Below, one piece after another: positions 50,830 through 62,390 of a stretch of 64,000 bases of DNA (its first letter is position 1; each line of letters starts with the position of its first letter). The notes beneath the pieces are model-generated. The model searched no databases. It saw only the letters and a list, made by a program, of their open reading frames with translations, and was not told the DNA's origin. This stretch comes from Balanoglossus misakiensis (Eukaryota > Animalia > Hemichordata). Made by a program: the position numbers and the translations under genes. The stretch lies in assembly GCA_040954595.2 (NCBI GenBank), contig CM082579.2, positions 12,773,834 through 12,837,833 of the forward strand. The letters run 5' to 3'.

Positions 50830-53800
50830 TGATTTTTTTTCTTGTGCAGTTTTTTCGGCCACTTTGATCTTGAAAACGGCTGAATCTACAAATCTCAAAC
50901 TTGGCACAGTGGTGCAGGCCTATGAGAGCTGGTGCAGTACCCTCGTGAATATTTAATAAGTCATGTGACCTGATGACCATATATGGGCAAAGTTTTCAAA
51001 TGGGCCTCATTTGCATATGAATGGAGATATCAAAATTCTTTTAGCAATTTTTGCGGACCATGTGGTCAGTGTCCTACATGCCAAATGTCAAGGCCGTGGG
51101 CCAAGTCTATTTTGAGAAGAAGATTTTTTTATTTTTCATATTTTTGGACCCAGCCATAGGCCTATACTTTCTATAGTTAAGCAATTGCGCTATGTCCACG
51201 TCGGCTGTGCAATGTTCCTGTACAGTGACTCTCTATTGGCCTGTGAGCAGAATGGGACCACAATAAAATACAAAATTTTGGGCTCACCTGTAACACCTGC
51301 TTAACTCATTAATTATGTGCATACCTAATTCCAGACTAACTAATAGGGCTAGAGGTTTTGTTCTTGTGGGACATGGACCAGTATGGGATCAAACATTTTT
51401 GCCCAAATTTTGGGTGACCTCAGGTGACCTTTGACCTACTTTCCTATATCTCGGCATCCACAGCAGGTACACACTTGGCGTTTGGAGGGTTGTGACTAAA
51501 ATTGAAAAGACAAAATTGGGGGTCACCTGTGAAACCTGCATATCTCATTAATTATGTGCATACCTAATTCCAGGCTAGCCAATAGGGCTAGAGGTTTGAT
51601 TTTTGTTGAACATGGACCAGTATGGTGTTAAAATTTCTTGCCCAATTTTGGGTGACCTAAGGTGACCTTTTTCCTACTTTACCATATCTCGGCAACCAGC
51701 CCAGATACAGCCTTGGCATTTGGAGGCATGGAACTCCTAATGGAGCCCTGTACTTTACCTCATTAATTATGTACATATCTAATTGTAGGCGAACCAATAG
51801 GGCTAGAGGTCTGGTTTTTCTTGGACCTTGACTAGTATGGGGTCAAAAATTTTTGCCCAACTTTCGGGTGGCCTCAGGTGACCTTTGATCTACTTTCCTA
51901 TATCTCGGCAACCAAAACAGGTACAGCATTTGTGTTTGGATAGATCGAACTATTAATGGAGTCTTACACTTTACATCATTAATTATGTGCATGTATAATA
52001 TCAGACAAACCAATAGGGCTAGATGTCTGGTTTCTGTTGACCTAGACTAGTATGGGGGTCAAAACTTTTTGCCCAAATTTTGGGTGACCACATATGACCT
52101 TTGACCTTCAGCTTAAGCTTGTGCCCGTCATAGCTGCTTGCAGCTATATTCATCTTTTTCTTCTTGAGTCTTTTTTTGCGACCGTTTTTCTCTGAAATTC
52201 CGGCAGGTACGCCTACCAAATTTGGCACGGTGGTTGGGGCCCATGAGTACTGGTGCACCTGCCCTTTGAATTTGCAATTAGTCACGTGACTTTGTGGCTA
52301 TAATCAAGCGAAATTTTCAAATTAACCTAATTTGCACGTTAATGGGGCATGTACATTCTTTTCGCGATTTTTGTAGACCATGTGGCCAAAATCCCCTGTG
52401 CCAAATTTCAAGGTCCTAGGCCACGTCGATTTTGAGGAGAAGATTATTGTAATATTTTTTCGCATTTTTTGGTGGGCTGAGGACGAATACTGGGGCATCG
52501 GACTTTGACCCTCATTACGTAATGTTGCTCATTAGCAGGCGGGTAGCAGTAGTCCTGAAATACGTAACCAGTGACTATTTTCCACGGAATGAATTTTGGG
52601 ACAACACATTATCGGAGTTCAGGCTGTGTTAGGGCGTTTTATTCAATTACGCTGAGTTTGTTTGCTGTTGCCGTTCAAATGTGTCGACACAGACCCGGCT
52701 ACACTGGTTAACATTCAACGTAATGCGGCAGCGGACTTTGACCCTCAGTCGCTAATGTGGCCGAAATACGTCAGCACACCAGTGATTTTCTTGCACGAAG
52801 GGAGTATGGTACCAGCAACAATCAGAGATCAGGCTTCGTTGCCGTTCAAAAGTTCCTACTTCAGTTGTGATGTTACAACTGAACGTTCAGTTTGGGGGTT
52901 GGCCCGCAGGTGGCCGTGAGGGATATCAGGTCGCCCGTAATGGCACGCAGCTTCATGCAGCTGTATGGGACCAAAATAATACGTCCGATTCGGGAGTCAC
53001 CTGTGACACCTGCGTAACTCAATAATGTGCATGCGTAATTTTGGGGTCAATGAAACGGATGCTAGTGTGGTATTTGTTGCACATGGATCAATATGAAGTC
53101 CGATTTTCCTGTCAAGTTATGGGCGACCTTATGTGACATTTCACCTACTTTTGCTTAGTGAGCATCCACAGCAAATGCATGCAGCTTTGGCGTGGGGGGG
53201 GGGGCATATACGGATGGGACCATAATTATATACCAAAGGCGGGGTCACCTGTTGCACCTGCCTAAGACATTGATTTTGTACATTTAATTGGACACTAACC
53301 AACAGGGCAATAGGTGTGATTTTTGTTCCACAGGGACGAATGCAAGTGTCAGTTTGTTTTTGCCCAATGTATAAGTTGATTTGGATGACCTCTGTCGTAC
53401 AGTGCCATATCTCAGCCCGTTGTACAGGTGCAGCTTTGGTATTTGGAGGGATGAAACTATCATGAAATGCCAAATACAGGGGGATACCTGCGACACCTGC
53501 TTGATTCATGTATTACGTGCATACCTAATGGTAGGCAAAGTGAAAGGGCTGCAAATGTAGGATTTGTTGCACATGACATAAACAGGAATGAACATTTTTT
53601 GTCAAATTTTTGGGTGACCTCAGGTGTCCATTGACCTGCTTTCCATATGTTAGCACGCACATCATATAGAGCCAGGTGTTTGGAGGTGTAGGGTAGGACC
53701 CTCTGCGTCATGAAATGCTAAATTCCTGGGGCCACCTGTAACTTACTTGCGTAACTCATTATTATGGCCATATCTAATTTGTCAAACCCAAACAGCGAGA

Positions 53801-54094
53801 ATTTTCCGTTATCTTGAATATGAACCAAATAAGAATCCTAATTTTTGGCCCAATTTTTGGGTACCCTCACCTGACCTTTGAAGTACTTACTGAAGTACTT
53901 ACAACGTAGAAGTTCACCTTTGGTTGTTGTGTTTGTACTTGTAGGACATCCATTTCGGGTGGTTGCCTACTTCCCCATATCTCGACATCCAGAGCAAATA
54001 CAGCCTACGCATTTGAATGGTACAACCCTAAATGGAGTCTAATGGTTATTATCTCTATGCTTGGGCCCCTTCAATGTTGCTTGCCGCTTTAATT
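50830..54094 (+). mobile_element. Two older, diverged HINE-like bodies related to the 17820-30986 family
   Basis: Same tgacctttgacc / catggaccagtatggg modules. 3' ends are gcttgtgccc..gctgcttgcagctatatt (52150) and gcttgggccc..gttgcttgccgctttaatt (54094). Confidence 0.75.
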
Positions 54095-54496
54095 TACCAT
54101 TGGTATTTCGTCTATAACCAGTATGTCAGCTGTTACTATCCTTTGCTTGGCTGATTGAAAGGACGAGTCAATTTCCAGAAGTTCCAGTACTTCCTGCGTA
54201 AGATATCTACCGTCCTAAAATCATCGGGGCAAAACAATATGTATAAAAGCGTATGACTAGCAGTTCGATGTAACCAAAGTGTCCCATCAAAAGCTGGCTC
54301 ACCAACAGCATCAATTGCACAACATTAAAGTCATCCGGCTCAATTGAACTTGGTATGAGCGCACGTCACAAAGAGAAAGAGCAAGATTTCCCTGATTTTT
54401 ACTTTGATTTGGTGGACATGTTTATCTCAAGAATAATAGAATCTCACACTCCCATGGACCCGGGATCATATCTCTCATACGAGTTGGGGATGTTGT

Positions 54497-54527
54497 GTCC
54501 CACACTCGCCTGCGGCTCGTGTGGGAC
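54497..54527 (-). repeat. Hairpin tip resembling the Crypton terminal hairpins (probable Crypton relic)
   Basis: Minus strand reads gtcccacac-GA-gcc-GCA-ggc-GA-gtgtgggac. Confidence 0.5.
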
Positions 54528-54639
54528 TGTAAAATCAGCGCTTGCGTCATATACAGTTCGATTCAGTGAGAATGTAGTTCCGCACTCTCGGCGTGCCAGG
54601 AGTGAGCGAAAATGTTTTCCTCCACAGTGTCATCTGTCA

Positions 54640-55523
54640 ACAATTCTCTCCATCTAAATATCGTCTGCATATAGATAAAAACCATGTAGCTACACAGAAA
54701 ATTGCCGTATATAGCCAGTGGCGACTTACGTGTAAACCGGCCCAGGCGTGCAGCGTTGTTGCATTGTTGTATTGAAGAGTTGCAATACCAGTAGATGCGG
54801 TTATAACTTTTTTTCTTCGACTTCCCAAAACGCGACTCGATAGCTTTGATCAAAGTCGTCTTACCGGTACCAGCTTGACCGGTGATTAAAACGTTTAGAG
54901 AGGTTTAGTTACACGTAAATATGCGTACGTCTGACGGCAGGCAGTGGCGTTCGCGTATGCGTAGCGACGCGTGAATTTTGCGGTTTAGTTGTCCGTTTTG
55001 AATAACAAAAATGTTTAAAAACAATAGAAAATTCAAATATTTTTCACTTCAATAAATTTTGTGTGTGATGAATATTCTCTAAGATCACCACCCTTGCAAT
55101 AAGTTTCTTGACTGCAGTGGACAGATAGTTTAGTGAAGTTTTTCGATATCTTTGTCGAGGCGTCCACTGAAAACGTAGTTTGTGAATACATTTTTGTGTT
55201 TATGTTTTGAAAACACCAAATAGCGCCGGTTTTAGCACATATGGCAGAATTTTTTAGATAATATGGATGCTGGCTGCATCACAATTGCAATTCAAAGATC
55301 AATAGCTCAAATTAAAGAGAGAATATCGGGAAATTTCGAAAAAATGTTACACGTAATCATGATTACGCGTAGAAGCGTCGCTTGCCGTTCCGAACGTCTG
55401 TTCAACGCGTACGCGACGTCTGCTTATCACGTGACAATGACGCTACGCGTACTGAACGAACGTATTTACGTGTAACTAAACCTCTCTATTGTGACCCAGT
55501 TGAACTAATTCGAAGACATCCAT
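54640..55523 (-). pseudogene. PIF1-family helicase N-terminal fragment split by a MITE
   Basis: Removing the MITE gives MDVFELVQLGHNVLITGQAGTGKTT (Walker A). After a frameshift come ITASTGIA (motif Ia) and TLHAWAGL (motif Ib). Confidence 0.8.
54896..55488. mobile_element. 593-bp MITE with a 2-bp TT target duplication
   Basis: 26-bp perfect TIR tagagaggtttagttacacgtaaata. Removing it with one TT restores the helicase frame. Confidence 0.88.
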
Positions 55524-56306
55524 GACGAGGCAGATCGATGACCCCTTCGCCAAGCTCGCCAACAATGATGAAGTATTCGCTACCCACAAGGCTTTGCACG
55601 TTAAAATAATAAAATACTGTTTGCACGTTTGTTTGTATTTTAAAGGTACGCGAGTATGGCGGGTACATAGTTTCACACTCGAATGTTTTTCGCAGCAGTA
55701 TACTACCAAAATTTTTTTCCGACTATGTTTTTACTTTAGAACCGCCAAACACATAACATGTATCAGGTATGGTGCCTCACCAGCCTCATTGCATTTCCTC
55801 TGCACAGTCTTTGTCTGCACCACGTAAGTCCACGTTGTTGAAGTTGCCCGTCATCTGGAAATTTGAATGCCAACGTAACTGCCGCCTAAGCGCGTCTGAC
55901 GTCATTTCAAATTGATAATTGCCGCCTAGAAAACAAACTTCTACCATTGTCACTTTAATGTTTTTTTCGCAAAATTTTACACATAGCCCAGTCAAGTAAA
56001 TATTAATTCATTGGTCAAATAAAATCTTGTGGTCACCGCGCTCTATTTTAAGATAAATTTCGTTAAAATTTTCGCCCATAGACAAACCATTGGTGGTAAA
56101 TGCTGAGTCAGCAGTTTTTTTCTATTATCGACTGAATTCATGGCTCTGTATTTCAACAACAAGCGCGGTGATCCCTATATTTTATTACGGATTTTCATTA
56201 TACATACACAGGATAATACAAAAATTGAACAATTGAAAGAAATGACAATAATTTCAATTTATTAAACGTACATCCTTAACAAGGATTTTATTTCTTTTTA
56301 TGGCAG

Positions 56307-57636
56307 GATCCAGAGAAATGTACTGAAGGTGGCAAGCGAGTCGGTGCTTTGTCTGAATTTTTACAATCACTACCAAGTTTGCCTGTTAATATGGTAAATT
56401 TATTATTATCGACGGTCCGCAACAGTACTGTTAAACCGACTGGAAGAAGGTGGGATCGCAGAACTATACAATTTGCTCTTCATCTGTGGCTGAAAACACC
56501 CCAGGGATACCAGGATATCCGAAAGAGCGGGCATCTAGCCCTACCTTCGCCCAGACTACTGCAATATTACAAAAATATAATACAGCAAAAGTCTGGGTTT
56601 CAAGTAGAGGTATTCCGATGGATGGAAGACACCGCTTGTCAGAAGGGGATAACTCCATCTGGGTATTCTGGTGGGATTATTTTTGATGAGATGTCAATAC
56701 AGGAAGACCTACAACTGGACAATAGGGATAGCAAACCGAAATTGGTAGGCGCTGTTGAGTTGGGCGAGGAATGTGCCAGATTTGATGTCATGAAGTTCAG
56801 CAGAAGACAGGCTGCTCTTGCAAACCATGTTTTGCAGTTTATGTTGTGGGGGTTTTATGGGTTCCGGTTTCCCTTTGCCCACTCTCCGACTGTACGAGCT
56901 ATTCTGGCAAGGAGTCGACCACCTGGCCAATCGAGACTTTACTGTGGACTTTGTTATGTTTGACGGGGCGGTTGCAAACCGCTCATTTCTCAAAATGAAT
57001 TTCAGTGGTGACCCCCTCAACGACAAAATGCACGTTCGAAATAGGGTTTGTTCCCCCACCAAGACCATCGTGTTCAGACTCGACCCAATACAAGTGATTA
57101 AGCGTCTCCGAAACAGTGTCTTGAAAAGTGGCGTTGGTGCTGGCTGTACCAGGCGGCTGTGTTGGCAGGGGAATTTCATCAAATGGGACCACTGGGTACA
57201 AGCATACAAGTGGGACGTTGAAGTTAACCCAGAAATGTACAGAGTCAATCACAAATTGACTAAAGAACATATCGACCCAGGAATTGCAGGCAAAATGCGG
57301 AACCATTTGGCCGAAGAAACCCTGGATAAACACATGCTGCATTTGATGACATCATATCAGCAAAGTCTGTCTGGTCCCGCTGTCAGTGAATTGAATAGCA
57401 GCATAGAGTTCCTGCGCAACACAAGCACGTTGGTGTCATTCTTTAATGACAACAGAGAGATCAAGAATATGGAAGACCAGCGTCTTCATGAAATTCAAGC
57501 CACTATGTCATGGTTCAAAGCGTGGGAGGAAGATGCAATGAGTGCAGCCAACGACAAAACCACGGAGATAAAGAGAAAGCTGACATCGTATGAAACGCGG
57601 GAAGACACACAGTTCTGCATCACTGCGAATGTTTAA
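56307..57636 (+). pseudogene. P-element/THAP9-like transposase core, frameshift near 56885, 3'-truncated
   Basis: GRRW, LPSPRLL, IFDEMSI, LANHVLQFM, FDGAVANR, IKRLRN, KLTKEHI and KMRNHLA motifs. The third catalytic region is missing. Confidence 0.85.
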
Positions 57637-58189
57637 CTTTGTGATTATGACACAATATATCAGAATAACATGTAGCATGCGCCAGTCAAAATAAAGGAAA
57701 TCTGCCGTATATATGTAATGTAACTGCGCAATGCTTTGTGTAAAATACTCAACAAGAAAACATTGCTAAAACAGCACAAACCTTATAGGCCTACAACAAA
57801 GCTACAATATCACTAGAGAAACCGGTCAAAATGTGGCATCATTGTATATTAACGCCGAGGAAACAAATGTCTCGAGCTGACGATATGTCTCGACAAATGT
57901 AGCTGCATGGTGTTTATAATTGAATTATTTACTTCCGTCTGGGTATAAATTCAGTTATAGAATATAACCATATAACCATATATTTTAAATTCGTCAGAAA
58001 ATGGGAATACTGGACAAGGATGGTAAAATAAATGTAATAAATGGGGTTAAACAACAGTTCACTATATACTCGGTAGTGATTCCGATCAAGAACATTAACT
58101 TTACCAAGAGCAGTCATAAGAAAAGCTTTCTTATCGTATGGTATAGGAAAAATGTATAAAAACATGATGTTTTCTAAATGCTAATCAAA

Positions 58190-59030
58190 CATCCCTAAGA
58201 CTTCCAAAAATGATAAAGTTCTGGTTACGTTTAACAAACGCTGATACTAATAGATATATTTTTCATGCGTACCGAGAGCAATGTAAACTGGCTGAAAGAA
58301 ATTGTGAATGTTGGGCAAAAGCTTTGAGATCTCTCCTGTTCTCATATGGGTTTGCGGAGGCATGGTATAATCAGGGAGTGGGTAACGAGACAAAATTCCT
58401 TTCGGAATTTAGACAGCGTTTTACAGACATAGAACTGCAAGACTGGAACGTGGAAATTGGTACTTACAACAGGCTGCAATCATATAGACTTTTTAAATCT
58501 ACTATATTGATAGAACCATACCTCCTCACCACCTTGAAGCCTATTTTTAGAGCTTCTTTTCGGTTATCTAACCATCCACTTCATATTGAACAAGGTAGAC
58601 GAAATAACACCCCACGTGAAGACAGGATGTGTATTTGTAACGATGGGTACATAGAAAATGAATACCACTTTTTATTACAATGTAAGTTATACGATACCAT
58701 CAGGGTAAAATACTTACCAGCTCAATTTCTTACCAACCCTTCTATTGATAAATTTATGCAAATTATGTCAACACAAAATCCGAATATCTTAGGAAAGCTA
58801 AGCCTTTACTTATTTTATGCCTTTAACAAAAGGAAGGAGTTGGCGAACTGACTTCCGGGAAAGTGCTGGTTCTTGTTTTCACTGTAAAAGAAACCCCCTG
58901 CAAATCTTAACACTCTCAAGGTCACTGTGTTCTGTAACATTTAATTTTTTTCCTGAAATGTATTTAAAATATTCCAGTACATTGGGCTGGAGGCCTGTAG
59001 TGCAAGTGGAATAAAATAATAATTAATTAT
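58190..59030 (+). mobile_element. 3' end of an RTEX-like LINE (C-terminal zinc-finger region, 3' UTR, AAT-rich tail)
   Basis: IKFWLRL, FRLSNHPLHIEQGR and RMCICNDGYIENEYHFLLQCKLY, then an aataaaataataatt tail. Confidence 0.8.
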
Positions 59031-59039
59031 TTAAATAGT

Positions 59040-59420
59040 CTAAATAATATCCATGACCCACACTCCACTGTGTAATACACAGTTGAATTCTGCCCGAAAT
59101 TCCGGATAGTTTTCATATACCAACGGCAATTCCAATAAATTGGAACACGTGTATGAGACTGGTCGGTGTTGGATACCTTCAAGCTTTACGAAGCACACTT
59201 TAATCTGGTCATCAGGCATGATATCGGCTCCAGTACAGAATCGAAGGAAATACTTCAGAGTTGGGCCATCTATTTCCCTGAGAAACTGTTGAAGGTGGTT
59301 GGCGACGGTTTTGGCGAACAGTAATTTCTTGATCACTTTTCTCGCTGTAGGCTTTTTCTCGTCGTAGAATCTGGTGAAAGCTGTGTTATCCATAGCATCG
59401 GCCACAGGACGGAGTATGGC
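59040..59420 (-). pseudogene. HECT-type E3 ubiquitin ligase C-lobe fragment
   Basis: FLRFCTG..I.V.F..RPVSYTCSNLLELPLVY..F matches the HECT C-terminus with its catalytic Cys. The 5' part is cut off at the minisatellite. Confidence 0.8.
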
Positions 59421-59445
59421 AAGCCTCAGGGGTCTTAAGTATAGC

Positions 59446-60175
59446 AATAGTAGTATTTAATGTTGAAGTAGTACGATTATATTTTGATTCGTTAATATAT
59501 TATAAATAAATAGTAGTATTTAATGTTGAAGTAGTACGATTATATTTTGATTCGTTAATATATTATAAATAAATAGTAGTATTTAATGTTGAAGTAGTAC
59601 GATTATATTTTGATTCGTTAATATATTATAAATAAATAGTAGTATTTAATGTTGAAGTAGTAAGATTATATTTTGATTCGTTAATATATTATAAATAAAT
59701 AGTAGTATTTAATGTTGAAGTAGTACGATTATATTTTGATTCGTTAATATATTATAAATAAATAGTAGTATTTAATGTTGAAGTAGTAAGATTATATTTT
59801 GATTCGTTAATATATTATAAATAAATAGTAGTATTTAATGTTGAAGTAGTAAGATTATATTTTGATTCGTTAATATATTATAAATAAATAGTAGTATTTA
59901 ATGTTGAAGTAGTACGATTATATTTTGATTCGTTAATATATTATAAATAAATAGTAGTATTTAATGTTGAAGTAGTAAGATTATATTTTGATTCGTTAAT
60001 ATATTATAAATAAATAGTAGTATTTAATGTTGAAGTAGTACGATTATATTTTGATTCGTTAATATATTATAAATAAATAGTAGTATTTAATGTTGAAGTA
60101 GTACGATTATATTTTGATTCGTTAATATATTATAAATAAATAGTAGTATTTAATGTTGAAGTAGTACGATTATAT
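59446..60175. repeat. 63-bp AT-rich minisatellite, about 11.6 near-identical copies
   Basis: Unit aatagtagtatttaatgttgaagtagta(c/a)gattatattttgattcgttaatatattataaata, with one variable site. Confidence 0.97.
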
Positions 60176-60294
60176 GACACTTTGCAAGTATTATTATTAT
60201 TTACTTGTTTACTACCTCACTAGAGGGCGCACAATTTTATTGTCGGCCATTTTCTGTTTGTTTTGCGCGTCTCTGGCAGTCGCAGTCGAAAGAG

Positions 60295-60387
60295 ATGAAT
60301 ATCGAGGCAATTTTGCAGGAGATAAATTTGGCAACGTTGGTAGAGAGGTTCAAATATCAGCGGGTTGAAGCTGCCACCGTTCTTTAA
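60295..60387 (+). pseudogene. Truncated SAM-like N-terminus, similar to the start of the downstream transposase
   Basis: MNIEAILQEINLATLVERFKYQRVEAATVL versus [27 protein letters not shown]. Confidence 0.5.
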
Positions 60388-60551
60388 TTACCCATTAATA
60401 TCTTATAGGTCCCTTTATTAAATACATATTGTGGGTGCATTTCATGTGAATTCCCAGAATGCATCACCAACATAAAGGAGCATGACCTATGACAATCTAC
60501 TGGTAAATCCATGCTCCTTGGACAGGCCTTTGGAAACAAGTATTCTGTAAA

Positions 60552-61931
60552 ATGGATCTAAACATTTCTGAGATGGCAAAGGTATTACTGAGTTTGAATT
60601 TGGGTAATTTAATAGATACGTTTGAGCAGGAGAACATTACTCCAGACATTATCTGTAAATTATCAAGCGTTGATTTCCAAACACTTGGAGTGAATAATTC
60701 ACGGGATGTCATGGCTTTGCGCACAAAGTGTACTCACTATGGATCTAAAGTACCAGTGAAAGTACAAGTAGGATGTGGTCCACCACAATTCTATATACCA
60801 AAGGCAATCCTACAGAACCACCTAGAAGAAGGATTCCTGGTAACTGAGATTGCATCAATGTTTGCCATTTCCAAAAGTACTATTATTCGTAGAATGCGGG
60901 TTTATGGACTGAGCAAAATGGATTTTGCAGATATTTCTGATGGTGACCTTGACATTCACGTTAATGAATTGACACAAGAATATCCTTTCTGTGGTGAGAA
61001 TATGCTAAGGCACCTCCTTACAGAAAAATTTGGGATAAAGGTGCAGAGGATGAGACTCCGTGATAGCATTCATCGGATAGATGATGCTGGCATACAAGCA
61101 AGAAAGAACAGTCGATTAAGGCGCCGGGTATATAATGTAAAAGGTCCGAACCAGTTGTGGCATGTGGACACTAATCATAAACTGATACGATGGGGCTTTA
61201 TCATACTTGGTGGTGTTGATGGCTTCAGCCGTTTACCTGTCATGTTGGAGTGTAAAGACAACAACAGGGCAGCAACTCTTCTAGAGTGCTTCAAGACTGC
61301 AGTTAAAGTTTATGGCCTTCCCAGCAGAGTGAGATCGGACATGGGACTGGAAAATGTAGACATAGCCGACTTCATGCTACAAAAACGTGGTACAAATCGA
61401 GGTAGTATGATAACTGGTAAAAGCGTACATAACCAGAGAATAGAGAGGCTTTGGCGCGATGTGTTTGAGGGTGTTCTTGCCTTGTTTCATCAACTGTTCC
61501 ATTTTATGGAAGATAACAGTATTCTAGACCCTTTCAAGCCAAGTCACCTTGCTGCTCTCCATTACATCTACCTTCCAAGAATAAATGAGAAATTAGAAGT
61601 GTGGAGTAGGGCTTGGGGCAACCATAGAATGCGCACAACACGGTCATCACCACTGCGTTTATGGATTTCAGGCCAGCTGCAAAATCCCGTTGGTGTCCAA
61701 CTATCAGCAGATGATATCACAACCTATGGTGTAGAAGGTATTGTAGATGATCATGACGGCGGTGCTGATGAAAGACCGATACTACAGCCAATATCCTTTG
61801 AACTAGGTGAACAATGCTTGGAGGAACTCATGCAGCGTGTACCAGCAACCCGGCCAACAAATAATTATGGCATTGAATTATACCAGAGTGCCTTACAAAT
61901 AATTAATCACTATCATGCCAATATCCAGTAG
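60552..61931 (+). CDS. IS3EU/IS481-like integrase-core DDE transposase with an N-terminal SAM-like domain, 459 aa, intact
   Basis: SAM-like start, HTH ([16 protein letters not shown]), [35 protein letters not shown] and [13 protein letters not shown] motifs. Confidence 0.9.
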   Translation: MDLNISEMAKVLLSLNLGNLIDTFEQENITPDIICKLSSVDFQTLGVNNSRDVMALRTKCTHYGSKVPVKVQVGCGPPQFYIPKAILQNHLEEGFLVTEIASMFAISKSTIIRRMRVYGLSKMDFADISDGDLDIHVNELTQEYPFCGENMLRHLLTEKFGIKVQRMRLRDSIHRIDDAGIQARKNSRLRRRVYNVKGPNQLWHVDTNHKLIRWGFIILGGVDGFSRLPVMLECKDNNRAATLLECFKTAVKVYGLPSRVRSDMGLENVDIADFMLQKRGTNRGSMITGKSVHNQRIERLWRDVFEGVLALFHQLFHFMEDNSILDPFKPSHLAALHYIYLPRINEKLEVWSRAWGNHRMRTTRSSPLRLWISGQLQNPVGVQLSADDITTYGVEGIVDDHDGGADERPILQPISFELGEQCLEELMQRVPATRPTNNYGIELYQSALQIINHYHANIQ

Positions 61932-62089
61932 AACACATGAGTTTGTTCCAACAATACAAACACAAGATCTATGACAAAACCTTCCCTTAGTTTCTCAATA
62001 ATCTTCAGTGCTTTTCTTGTTTCTTGTATACACTTATACTACAATTTGGCACACACAAAATCAAAGAAAGCGTTATGTCTGACACAACT

Positions 62090-62390
62090 GTTAGGAAACA
62101 CACGAGTTGGGAGTTGACCAGACACCTAATCAGCTATATACTTAGGCATATCATTGAGTATATTGGTACTTTGCTCGGCAATCACCCACACGTTTGTTTA
62201 TTTCTACATGGAACTCAGAGACACTCACTCCATGGGTAGCACTCTAATACACACACAGTTGTGTGTGTATTAGTCTGACTTCCATGTAGAAATAAATAAG
62301 TGTATGAGGGATTACCAGGCAAAGTTTCAATATACTCCACGATACGATACGGCTGATTAGGTGTCCAGCCAAGTCGCGTGTTTCCTGTAA
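62090..62390. repeat. Diverged inverted repeat with a perfect hairpin at the inner end of the right arm
   Basis: The arms share aggaaacac, gacacctaatcagc, gagtatattg and tttatttctacatggaa. The hairpin is ctaatacacacaca-gt-tgtgtgtgtattag. Confidence 0.7.

Noticed and set aside
55990-56280. Segment ending cgtacatccttaa, resembling a Kolobok-type MITE end
   Set aside because: I found no convincing matching left TIR.
46760-60175. Regular arrays (21 bp and 63 bp) as possible CRISPR loci
   Set aside because: There are no unique spacers and no cas genes, and the context is eukaryotic.
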